This document shows, piece by piece, positions 1-7,040 of a stretch of DNA of 33,220 nucleotides. Under the pieces are notes generated by a model. That model worked only from the letters and a program-made list of their open reading frames with translations, was not told the DNA's origin and made no database searches. The stretch covers positions 1-33,220 of the IMG/VR virus record IMGVR_UViG_3300032330_001786. One strand, 5' to 3'. Position 1 is the stretch's first letter. Every line of letters starts with the position of its first letter. The position numbers and the translations under genes are program-made. This DNA is from a virus. Its lineage: Duplodnaviria; Caudoviricetes.

Positions 1-30
1 AATCTTTCCATCTTTAATAGGCAATGCCAT
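1..30 (-). CDS. 5' end of a gene running off the window (MALPIKDGKI...), possibly a second M23 peptidase
   Basis: ATG at 30-28, one base after the stop of the upstream gene, with GGAGG RBS upstream; N-terminus MALPIKDGKI parallels MAKPIKGAPV of the adjacent M23 gene. Confidence 0.5.
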   Translation of the reverse strand, partial: MALPIKDGKI

Positions 31-31
31 T

Positions 32-478
32 TTACTTTCCTCCGATTTTTTTAATTAGTTTTGTTAAAGGATTCTTACCTGTATATGAGATAAGATTTTT
101 AGGATTTTTAGATCCACCAATCTGCCAAAATTGTGTTGGTTGTGCTTCAAGGTGTAAGTGTGGATCATTTCTTTTCATACCTTCTCTACCTACATCAGCA
201 ATATGCTGTCCTAGTTTTACCTTATCACCTATTTTTACATATACCGCAGAAACGTGACCATAAACTACATACCACTTTCCGTGTTTTACTACTGGTGCAT
301 ACTGACCAAAAGATGGTCCCCAAATACCTACCCCAATAACAACACCATCAGCAACAGCGTGTACTGGTGTTCCTATCTTTGCACCAAAGTCAATGCCTTG
401 ATGCCAGCCACTCATCCACTGTGGACCTTTAGTTCCATAGGCACAAATAACTGGTGCACCTTTAATTGGTTTTGCCAT
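32..478 (-). CDS. M23 family zinc metallopeptidase (peptidoglycan endopeptidase, endolysin-like)
   Basis: HQGIDF (HxxxD), GTPVHAVADGVV, YGH and PHLHLE (HxH) motifs; AAGGAG RBS. Confidence 0.92.
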   Translation of the reverse strand: MAKPIKGAPVICAYGTKGPQWMSGWHQGIDFGAKIGTPVHAVADGVVIGVGIWGPSFGQYAPVVKHGKWYVVYGHVSAVYVKIGDKVKLGQHIADVGREGMKRNDPHLHLEAQPTQFWQIGGSKNPKNLISYTGKNPLTKLIKKIGGK

Positions 479-509
479 AATGATTCTCCTTTTATTAACT
501 TGCAGTTTT

Positions 510-518
510 ATTATAACA
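510..518 (-). promoter_or_regulatory. extended -10 promoter TGTTATAAT for the M23 gene(s)
   Basis: perfect TGnTATAAT on the minus strand ~30 nt upstream of the ATG, just past the tRNA-Arg 3' end. Confidence 0.65.
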
Positions 519-524
519 TAATTG

Positions 525-597
525 CACCCCCAGAGAGATTCGAACTCCCGACCTGTAGGGTAGAAACCTATCGCTCTATCCTCTGAGCTATGGGGGC
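525..597 (-). tRNA. tRNA-Arg(UCU)
   Basis: GCCCCCA/TGGGGGT acceptor stem, TAGCTCAG D-arm, anticodon loop TTTCTAC, GTTCGAAT T-loop; CCA not encoded. Confidence 0.92.
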
Positions 598-601
598 AAA
601 G

Positions 602-675
602 TGGGGTGTGTGGGACTTGAACCCACGACTGGCAGATTATGAGTCTGCTGCTCTAACCAACTGAGCTAACACCCC
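602..675 (-). tRNA. tRNA with CAU anticodon (non-initiator; Ile2-like, elongator Met possible)
   Basis: GGGGTGT/ACACCCC acceptor stem with paired 1:72, GCAGA-CTCATAA-TCTGC anticodon arm, GTTCAAGT T-loop. Confidence 0.9.
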
Positions 676-685
676 TGGACTGACA

Positions 686-1012
686 CTACTTAGTAGCGTC
701 AGCCATTGCATACTCTGGGTATGCAGGTCGTGATTTATTGTGAGCAAGGTAAGAACGAGAATTATTAATATCCTCGCTCATACGAAACTCACGTACTTTT
801 TTACCAGCACGGAAAAGAAATACATCTAACTCCATGCATAAAGCATCAACTAATGAGTCGATGATTTGTGATGAAACTTCTTTACGACCATTCTCAATGT
901 TTGATATATAGCCAATAGAAACGTGGGAAATTTCGTGCAAGTCGCGGATAGTAAGCAACTGGCGCGTTCTTTCTTCTTTGATTACCAAACCGTAGGCTTG
1001 ACGTAGTAACAT
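686..1012 (-). CDS. XRE-family HTH regulator, ClgR-like
   Basis: MLLRQAYGLVIKEER...VSIGYISNIENGRKEVSSQIIDSLVDAL matches the actinobacterial ClgR pattern (LLR..G.VLR..R...VSLGYLSE.ERG.KE.SS..L..I..AL); GGAGG RBS. Confidence 0.8.
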   Translation of the reverse strand: MLLRQAYGLVIKEERTRQLLTIRDLHEISHVSIGYISNIENGRKEVSSQIIDSLVDALCMELDVFLFRAGKKVREFRMSEDINNSRSYLAHNKSRPAYPEYAMADATK

Positions 1013-1021
1013 AATGCCCTC

Positions 1022-1321
1022 CTAGAACACTTGTGAGTAACGGTATGAGTATGTATCTGCACATGCCTGTGAACATACATAGCGGATTAGATTGCAGTCA
1101 CAACTACCGTCGTGACCTGGCTCTTTGACTTCACCATCTGGCTGGCAGTGAAGTTCAACCTCGAACTCAACATCCAATGTGGCACTGCACTGTGCACACA
1201 AAGGATCTTGAATAATAGCAATTGAGTTCTTTTGGGGAACTCTTGTGACCTTGGCTACATACAAAGCCAAGGAAGATACGCTCATTACATACATAATGAG
1301 AATCAATTTACCATCAGACAT
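1022..1321 (-). CDS. hypothetical protein with N-terminal hydrophobic helix and Cys/His-rich C-terminus
   Basis: start moved to MSDGKL (AAGGAGA RBS); hydrophobic LILIMYVMSVSSLALYVA; CAQC, HC, CDC and CSQAC. Confidence 0.7.
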   Translation of the reverse strand: MSDGKLILIMYVMSVSSLALYVAKVTRVPQKNSIAIIQDPLCAQCSATLDVEFEVELHCQPDGEVKEPGHDGSCDCNLIRYVCSQACADTYSYRYSQVF

Positions 1322-1331
1322 AGCTATCTCC

Positions 1332-1544
1332 TTATCTACCTGATGAGCGGCCCTGCTTGAGAGCAGGGTCATCGACTGTCACATACGTAAAGCCTTGCTT
1401 AGGCATAAGCATAAGGCGATACCTCTCGGCGAATGAGTTATCGGAACCCATACGCACACACTGCTCGGCAATGCAATAAGCCTTGCCGACAATTTCTACA
1501 CGCTCTGCGGGTACTTCTACGCCACAGAATACACACTCGTGCAT
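1332..1544 (-). CDS. small C4 zinc-finger protein (DksA/TraR-type finger pattern)
   Basis: start at MHECVFC with GGAGGT RBS; CxxCGxExPxER...CIxxxC. Confidence 0.65.
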   Translation of the reverse strand: MHECVFCGVEVPAERVEIVGKAYCIAEQCVRMGSDNSFAERYRLMLMPKQGFTYVTVDDPALKQGRSSGR

Positions 1545-1545
1545 A

Positions 1546-1776
1546 TTACCTACCTCCATCTAGTTTGCGATTGCACTTGCAAGCAAGCAAGTGCTCAACT
1601 AGATAGCGGCTCTTGCTATCGTTGGTGAACAGAAGCTGCCTGCTAGTACGGACACCCCAAATACGAAACTCACCTATACGTACATAGGTCAGGAACGCGT
1701 GGTTGATATCCTGAGCCAACAGCGCGTTGATCTGCTGCTGACGTGTCTTGCGGGTCATTCTTACTGTCTTTGCCAT
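1546..1776 (-). CDS. hypothetical basic protein
   Basis: start at MAKTVR with AAAGGAG RBS; tight packing with neighbours. Confidence 0.65.
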   Translation of the reverse strand: MAKTVRMTRKTRQQQINALLAQDINHAFLTYVRIGEFRIWGVRTSRQLLFTNDSKSRYLVEHLLACKCNRKLDGGR

Positions 1777-1789
1777 GACGGCTCTCCTT

Positions 1790-2275
1790 TTATTCTGGTT
1801 GAGGGTAGAAAACGTTGGTGGTGTTACGGACAGCATCCCACTTACCTAGGCTAGTGAAATGACGGGAACGTGCTTGCACATAAGAGTACAAAGCAATCTG
1901 CATTTGAATTTCTTCTTCGTCAAGACGCAGGTAATCAATGTATGTAAGCATGATAGGTGTAACACCAATCTCATTGATTGCACGCTTGCAGCACTCTTTG
2001 GTGTGTGCAAGGCGGTGAATGTTGGGTACTGCAGTCATAGGCTCGTACCGGCCCCAACCACATGCAGCACTGCTCCTGCCACCCATACGTAGAGCTTCAT
2101 TCTTAATGAACTCACTATGACGCACAGCCTGACCTGTGTAAAGGTCTTTGCTGTAACTAATGTTTTCAAAGAGTACAGGCAAAAGATGGAAATTTTTGCC
2201 GTACACATATGCCAATGGAACAGATTCTAACTTAAACACTTGTTCCGGTGTGGGCTCTTTGTATCTTCCGAACAT
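1790..2275 (-). CDS. hypothetical protein
   Basis: 161 aa ORF with AGGAG RBS, co-oriented with neighbours. Confidence 0.7.
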   Translation of the reverse strand: MFGRYKEPTPEQVFKLESVPLAYVYGKNFHLLPVLFENISYSKDLYTGQAVRHSEFIKNEALRMGGRSSAACGWGRYEPMTAVPNIHRLAHTKECCKRAINEIGVTPIMLTYIDYLRLDEEEIQMQIALYSYVQARSRHFTSLGKWDAVRNTTNVFYPQPE

Positions 2276-2292
2276 ACTTGCTCCTAACTAGA

Positions 2293-2327
2293 CCGCAAAA
2301 TTTTTGCGGGGAAACTGAACAGTCTCC
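2293..2327. promoter_or_regulatory. 17-bp palindrome CCGCAAAA-T-TTTTGCGG plus small hairpin, copy 1 (candidate operator)
   Basis: perfect 8-1-8 inverted repeat at 2293-2309, just upstream of the RBS of 1790..2275; identical copy at 2630. Confidence 0.7.
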
Positions 2328-2384
2328 AAGAATGCCTATACCCCAAGCCAGAGAGGTACAGACAAACTTAGTGATTCAGTATCA

Positions 2385-2606
2385 CTACTTACACTTCAAT
2401 GCCTGCAGAATCTCTTCATACGAGGCTTGTAGTGTCTTGCTCATTGCTGGTAGCAGAGCAATGCTTGGGCGGTTCTCCAACGTGAAGTAACGGTGGAGAT
2501 TACCTCGGTTAATACCAATCTGCTGTGCTACCTGCTCTAGTGAGGTGTAGCCCAACTCATCCATGCGTGAACGTAGCCAACGCATGCCTGTCTTTGTTCT
2601 AGCCAT
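2385..2606 (-). CDS. XRE/Cro-like HTH protein
   Basis: SLEQVAQQIGINRGNLHRYFTLENRPS...MSKTL is a typical HTH_3 pattern; GAGGT RBS. Confidence 0.85.
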   Translation of the reverse strand: MARTKTGMRWLRSRMDELGYTSLEQVAQQIGINRGNLHRYFTLENRPSIALLPAMSKTLQASYEEILQALKCK

Positions 2607-2629
2607 AGTCGTACCTCTTTCTATCTAAA

Positions 2630-2662
2630 CCGCAAAATTTTTGCGGGGAACTGAATAGTCCC
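2630..2662. promoter_or_regulatory. 17-bp palindrome CCGCAAAA-T-TTTTGCGG plus small hairpin, copy 2
   Basis: identical to 2293-2309; lies upstream of the RBS of the HTH gene 2385..2606. Confidence 0.7.
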
Positions 2663-2720
2663 AAGGAAAACTATCTCTAAGAGAAGAAGAGAGAGAGAGA
2701 TAGTAATCCCCTGAGACGAC

Positions 2721-2978
2721 TCAGAAGCGTTCTCCCTTAGGAACAGAAGAGAACAACTCATCTTCCCAAGTATGGAGGACACTGTAGTAAGGAGGACTAA
2801 GACGCTTGATGTTACGCTCACTACGGCGTACATAGTTCTTACGTGCTGTCCATTGGCTGATGAACCAATCTCTGCGAGGGTTAGCATTGCAGGTATCGCA
2901 GATGCTGTACACATCCCACACTTCAAACACAAAGGTTGCTTTACCCATGTGCTTTGCCTTACATAGTGCGCATTTCAT
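2721..2978 (-). CDS. small zinc-finger protein
   Basis: CALC...CDTC; AAAGGAG RBS. Confidence 0.7.
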   Translation of the reverse strand: MKCALCKAKHMGKATFVFEVWDVYSICDTCNANPRRDWFISQWTARKNYVRRSERNIKRLSPPYYSVLHTWEDELFSSVPKGERF

Positions 2979-2982
2979 TACT

Positions 2983-3026
2983 TACTCTCCTTTCAAGAGA
3001 GATAGAGAGGATAGTGATTTATTACC
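2983..3026 (-). repeat. 44-bp intergenic leader repeat, copy B
   Basis: 40/44 identical to 3285-3328; contains the RBS of the downstream minus-strand gene. Confidence 0.85.
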
Positions 3027-3281
3027 TTACTCACACACATACGTGTAATTTGCTTCAGGACTAATAGATTCCTTTAGCGCGGTGTATTGCTCATTGAGTA
3101 CTTGTAACTGAGTAGTTTGCTGCTTTACTAAGTCACAGAGGTTCTCAATAATCTCGGTCTTAACCTTGATGACACCATCTTGTAGGTGGGACTTGTGCTT
3201 GAGTAACTCATTCTGCTCATTTAGTACAGCAATAAGTTCCTCAAGTTGTTCAACCATAGGTGCTTGTCTTTCATCTGACAT
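3027..3281 (-). CDS. hypothetical coiled-coil protein
   Basis: heptad-like L/I/Q/E-rich sequence; AAAGGAG RBS. Confidence 0.7.
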   Translation of the reverse strand: MSDERQAPMVEQLEELIAVLNEQNELLKHKSHLQDGVIKVKTEIIENLCDLVKQQTTQLQVLNEQYTALKESISPEANYTYVCE

Positions 3282-3284
3282 ACA

Positions 3285-3328
3285 TACTCTCCTTTCTAGA
3301 GAGACAGGGAGGATAGTGATTTACTACC
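3285..3328 (-). repeat. 44-bp intergenic leader repeat, copy A
   Basis: TACTCTCCTTTCwAGAGAGAyAGrGAGGATAGTGATTTAyTACC shared with 2983-3026. Confidence 0.85.
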
Positions 3329-3480
3329 CTGATAACAACTCGACCTGACGCTATAGCCTGGTGGCATTCTCATTCATAAGAATGAGAATAATAGCAGTAG
3401 CCTAATGACTGTATTCGGGGGGCTAAGCAAGCGGTGGGGGGGCTGAAAAATGGCTAAAAACGGGGGGGATTTGGGTCGTA

Positions 3481-3541
3481 AGAAAAAAATAAAAAAAAAT
3501 AACCCCTAACCAAAGGGGTAACCAATGGTTAGGGGTTATTT
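3481..3541 (-). terminator. intrinsic terminator after gene 3548..4093
   Basis: 16-bp stem AAATAACCCCTAACCA/TGGTTAGGGGTTATTT followed by a long U tract on the minus strand. Confidence 0.85.
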
Positions 3542-3547
3542 GTGGTA

Positions 3548-4093
3548 CTACTTAGACCACTGAGCCTTGATAGTCTCAGCACCCAAGAGCAGGGCTTCAG
3601 GTAGGTCGTACCCGTCCGCCTTGAGTTCAGCCGCTAATGCAGCCACGTCATTGACGAACTTAGACGTCGGGGTCTGAATGACCTCGATACGCTTAGGCAT
3701 ACGGTTGATCAGGGTGTCAATGTTCTTGACAACGTCCTCGGCGGTCTTGTATGCCGAGAACTCTGCTTCCATAGCCGTGAAGTCCTGCTTGTGTACCTTG
3801 TTGAGCGTGGACGCGTAGGTGTAGGCGTCAGTCATTGACAGACCCTCGAACTTGGAACGCAAAAACGAACCATAGACGAGGACAACGCCAGCAGCGACGT
3901 ACGCCTTGCCACTACGTGTCTGAGCAATTGCGAGTTTTGCCTTAGCCTCGGCAAGAGTGACACCACCGGTCTTGAACATAGCGGTGTATCTTCCGATTGA
4001 CTTGGAAACACCATCAGGAGAGATGATTTCCAGGGTAGACTCTAAATCGTCCAGCCAACCTTGCTTTGTGTCAGTTACTTTGGGAGTAGGCAT
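3548..4093 (-). CDS. hypothetical protein, first gene of the leftward arm, apparently its own transcription unit
   Basis: start moved to MPTPKV (AGAAAGGG RBS); visibly more GC-rich codons than the plus-strand genes; own terminator. Confidence 0.8.
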   Translation of the reverse strand: MPTPKVTDTKQGWLDDLESTLEIISPDGVSKSIGRYTAMFKTGGVTLAEAKAKLAIAQTRSGKAYVAAGVVLVYGSFLRSKFEGLSMTDAYTYASTLNKVHKQDFTAMEAEFSAYKTAEDVVKNIDTLINRMPKRIEVIQTPTSKFVNDVAALAAELKADGYDLPEALLLGAETIKAQWSK

Positions 4094-4128
4094 AATGAGC
4101 CCTTTCTGTAGGTGAAATGAACACAGAC

Positions 4129-4185
4129 AAGCGAAAGTGTGAGTGAGATGGCTATCGCTAACGTATCTCACTCACACTCTCGCTT
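4129..4185 (-). other. 21-bp hairpin in the 5' leader of gene 3548..4093
   Basis: AAGCGA-A-AGTGTGAGTGAGAT / ATCTCACTCACACT-C-TCGCTT; the single mismatch is a G.U pair in minus-strand RNA. Confidence 0.75.
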
Positions 4186-4326
4186 ACTGCTACTTAGTTA
4201 CGTTACTCAGTATTTGACCCCCCCCCATACTTAGCAAGAAGTTTTAGACACGAAAGACAGGTGAGACGGGTAACATTTCCCTTTTTTAAGAATGCAGTGG
4301 CCAAAAAGCTGTGTAGACTGTGAAGT

Positions 4327-4758
4327 ATGGAACCACAAAATCCCCAATTCGACGGGCAGTCGGAAGGCGTTATTCTTAGCAAAATTCAAGATGCGGCTGA
4401 TAATAGATCAACAGCACTAAATTCAGCTATAAATGACGCTTTAAAGGGCAAACCTATGGATTATAGTGGGTTTACTGAGGCAACTACTAAAGAGTACCAC
4501 GTACTAGCGGGTGTTCCAACAGATACTCTAGTAAAGCACATTAGCACCACAAACCATTCATCTGCTTTACCTTCCTTGGCACACCTTCAAAGTCGTACAG
4601 ATGTTACTCCGGAGCACATATCTCAGATGGTTATGCATGTCGATCCAAAAACAAGTCATATGGCTTCCCGTCTGCCTCAAGCTACTACTGAGCATCGTGC
4701 TTTACATTCCTTGGTACATGGAAGTAACAACTGTAAAGAATGTAAAAATAAAGATTAA
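4327..4758 (+). CDS. hypothetical protein with C-terminal H-x3-H-x4-CxxC motif
   Basis: 143 aa ORF ending HSLVHGSNNCKECK; no SD, TAGACT 7 nt upstream of ATG (leaderless-like). Confidence 0.75.
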   Translation: MEPQNPQFDGQSEGVILSKIQDAADNRSTALNSAINDALKGKPMDYSGFTEATTKEYHVLAGVPTDTLVKHISTTNHSSALPSLAHLQSRTDVTPEHISQMVMHVDPKTSHMASRLPQATTEHRALHSLVHGSNNCKECKNKD

Positions 4759-4844
4759 AATTTTGCGGATAGCTGTAAATTTAAGTACCTAATATTATTA
4801 GAGTATATAGGGAATAACACAGTGGCTTTATGTACCATAGCAAT

Positions 4845-7016
4845 ATGGAATCAAATAACAGCCAATTTGAAGAAGTCCCTGCTGACGAGGCTACGGAGGC
4901 TGCAGCTTCCAAAACACCTAAAAAGAAGCGTCGACCCACAGATGAACCTGCTCCATTACGTGCACAGCAAGTTGAAGCACCACCTGCTCAAGAAGAGCTA
5001 CCAGAGACTCCAGAAGCTAAAGCAAACAGAGAAAAAGAAGAAGCTGTTGCTAGAGTATTGGTTCGTACAGGCACCCCTGAAAACCGTATTGGTGCTAAGT
5101 ACCAAGAAGAACTTGCTAAGATTGACAGGCAAACTAAGGCCAATAAGCGTCGTCATAAGATATATGACACTACGGAGCCTGAACAAGAAGCTGGAACGGC
5201 TCCTGAGGTTGCTCCAGAAGTAGAGCACAAGGCTGGTTTACACGGTCCTCTAACAGGCTCAGATCCAGCTAACCTAGAAGATCTAGCGGATCTTTCCTAT
5301 TCAGATGCAATTCGTATTAGCGGCCATACTGATCATTGCCCTGTGTGTGCTGAAAACCACCGAAACTATGTAGAGCAGATTCTTCCGGTACACCATGATT
5401 CAGGTCTACACAGAGACGCACTAAAGGCTAAAGAAAAGGGCCTCAATTACGTTGGTAGTTGCCAAGGCTGTAGAGACGAAGCCGCCCAAATCGCTACTAG
5501 CGGCCATAAGAAGGCTAAGCACAGTAAATACATTGGCGCTTTGCGCAAAGTATTTGGTAGGAATGGCTGCCCAGAGTGCGAAAAAGATCACGATACTATG
5601 CTCCACGAAGAGCATATGGATGGATCTCACGCAGGAGAAGAAAACCGTAGACCCGCTTGCAAGGCTTGCCAAGAAATACAAGCTAAGGAAGATGAGGCAG
5701 CAGTAATCAATGAGCCTCAAAAAGCACGTAAAGCAGCTTCAAGACTTAGAAGAACACGTCAACTTCGCTTAGTTGGCCTAACTGGAAGTTTGGACCCACT
5801 TGACGCTCCTCCTGAAGAGCATGGCGTTACTGACAGCCTTATTCAGGACGGCAGCATCGTAAGAACAGTAACTGAAGCTCGTGCAGGTCAAGATTACTCA
5901 GTTACCCACGAACACGTTCCAAGTTGGTTTGACCAGCAAACAATGGGTCCTTTGCATGAAGATGACAAAGCTTGGCTAGCTAAGTGGGCTGAAGACCGTA
6001 ACGAGAAAAAGATGTGGGACGACGTATACGCTAAGGACTTTGGTGGACGCCCTAACTACAAAGGTTTCCGTCTTCCAAGCGTAACAGCTCTTGCTCCTAC
6101 TGAAAAACGACGCGGCCGTACTGCTGGAGCTACTCCAGATGAAATGTCTGAGTTTCAGGGGCTAACTGGCCCTGACATGCCAGTTCCGGGTCCAGGAGGC
6201 GCAGGTAGTGGTACTCAGTCTAACCCAGGCACTAAAAAATATATTCCTGAGCATCTTCACCCATTATTTGTAGAATCAGAAGTTATCCCGTCTTTGAGCG
6301 AACAACGTGAAGCGGCTGCAAACCCAAAGCCCCCAAGCCAAGCAGAGCTGTCTAGAAGAGCTTCAGCTGTTGGTGGTAGCGTCTATAGTTGGCATGGTAG
6401 GCACAGCGTACCCGCTGAACAAAGGCCGGCGATTACTAAGCAAACCACAAAACACTCAGATATTGTAAAGGGAATTTCCCGAGCAGGTCTTCAAAATGTG
6501 TTTGATACCTATAAAGATAATGACCGAGCCCAGCACGTTCTTTACCATTTAGCAGAGCACCCAGAAATACAAAGTGCGGAAAATGGTGGAGTTGCAAAAT
6601 CTCTAGAGCAACACTTTACTGCTAAAGCAGATACTGAAGGGTTGTCTCGTCTTAGAGGTACTCATCCACAGCCATTCTCTTCAGTAGAAGAAAGTGGAGC
6701 AACTGTAGATGATTATGCAAAAACACCTAGGCCTGAACCAATTAACACCTGGCCTACACCTTTACAGGATCCCCTTGTGTCACAGAGTACAGCTCCAGAA
6801 GTAGCTTGCTCTGATTGTGGAAAAGCTATGAGACTTGTAGCAGGAAATGTGGATCCATACACAAATAGAGTTCCTGATGCTAAATGTAGAAGCTGTATGC
6901 GCAAGTCGGCTGAAACACGAGTAGCGGCTGAAGGTATAACCCCATACGTTAGAGCAGCCCATGCTCGTGGAGACCATGAAGGCAATAGCGTTGCTAATTG
7001 CCCAGATTGTCAATAA
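4845..7016 (+). CDS. large hypothetical protein with repeated His...CxxC motifs and disordered linkers
   Basis: ~723 aa; CPVC, CQGC, CPEC, CKAC, CSDC/CRSC and CPDC; start probably MESNNSQF (TACCAT 6 nt upstream), alternative ATG at 4830. Confidence 0.85.
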   Translation: MESNNSQFEEVPADEATEAAASKTPKKKRRPTDEPAPLRAQQVEAPPAQEELPETPEAKANREKEEAVARVLVRTGTPENRIGAKYQEELAKIDRQTKANKRRHKIYDTTEPEQEAGTAPEVAPEVEHKAGLHGPLTGSDPANLEDLADLSYSDAIRISGHTDHCPVCAENHRNYVEQILPVHHDSGLHRDALKAKEKGLNYVGSCQGCRDEAAQIATSGHKKAKHSKYIGALRKVFGRNGCPECEKDHDTMLHEEHMDGSHAGEENRRPACKACQEIQAKEDEAAVINEPQKARKAASRLRRTRQLRLVGLTGSLDPLDAPPEEHGVTDSLIQDGSIVRTVTEARAGQDYSVTHEHVPSWFDQQTMGPLHEDDKAWLAKWAEDRNEKKMWDDVYAKDFGGRPNYKGFRLPSVTALAPTEKRRGRTAGATPDEMSEFQGLTGPDMPVPGPGGAGSGTQSNPGTKKYIPEHLHPLFVESEVIPSLSEQREAAANPKPPSQAELSRRASAVGGSVYSWHGRHSVPAEQRPAITKQTTKHSDIVKGISRAGLQNVFDTYKDNDRAQHVLYHLAEHPEIQSAENGGVAKSLEQHFTAKADTEGLSRLRGTHPQPFSSVEESGATVDDYAKTPRPEPINTWPTPLQDPLVSQSTAPEVACSDCGKAMRLVAGNVDPYTNRVPDAKCRSCMRKSAETRVAAEGITPYVRAAHARGDHEGNSVANCPDCQ

Positions 7017-7040
7017 TAAATTAGAAAAGGAAATAAATAA

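Noticed and set aside
1332-1544. Functional TraR/DksA RNA polymerase regulator
   Set aside because: Only the C4 finger pattern is present; the coiled coil with the DxxDxA tip is absent.
2281-3330. CRISPR-like array from the repeated intergenic elements
   Set aside because: Only two copies of each repeat, separated by whole genes rather than 30-40 nt spacers; no cas genes seen.
24-3348. Plus-strand ORFs over the left arm (e.g. 24..257, 254..586, 1859..2092, 2772..2966) and alternative-frame minus ORFs (894..1076, 2621..2932)
   Set aside because: They overlap better-supported minus-strand genes or tRNAs and lack RBSs.
3366-3389. Fur/IdeR box linked to the Dps gene
   Set aside because: Half-site orientation and spacing match neither consensus, and it is far from dps; kept only as an unassigned palindrome.
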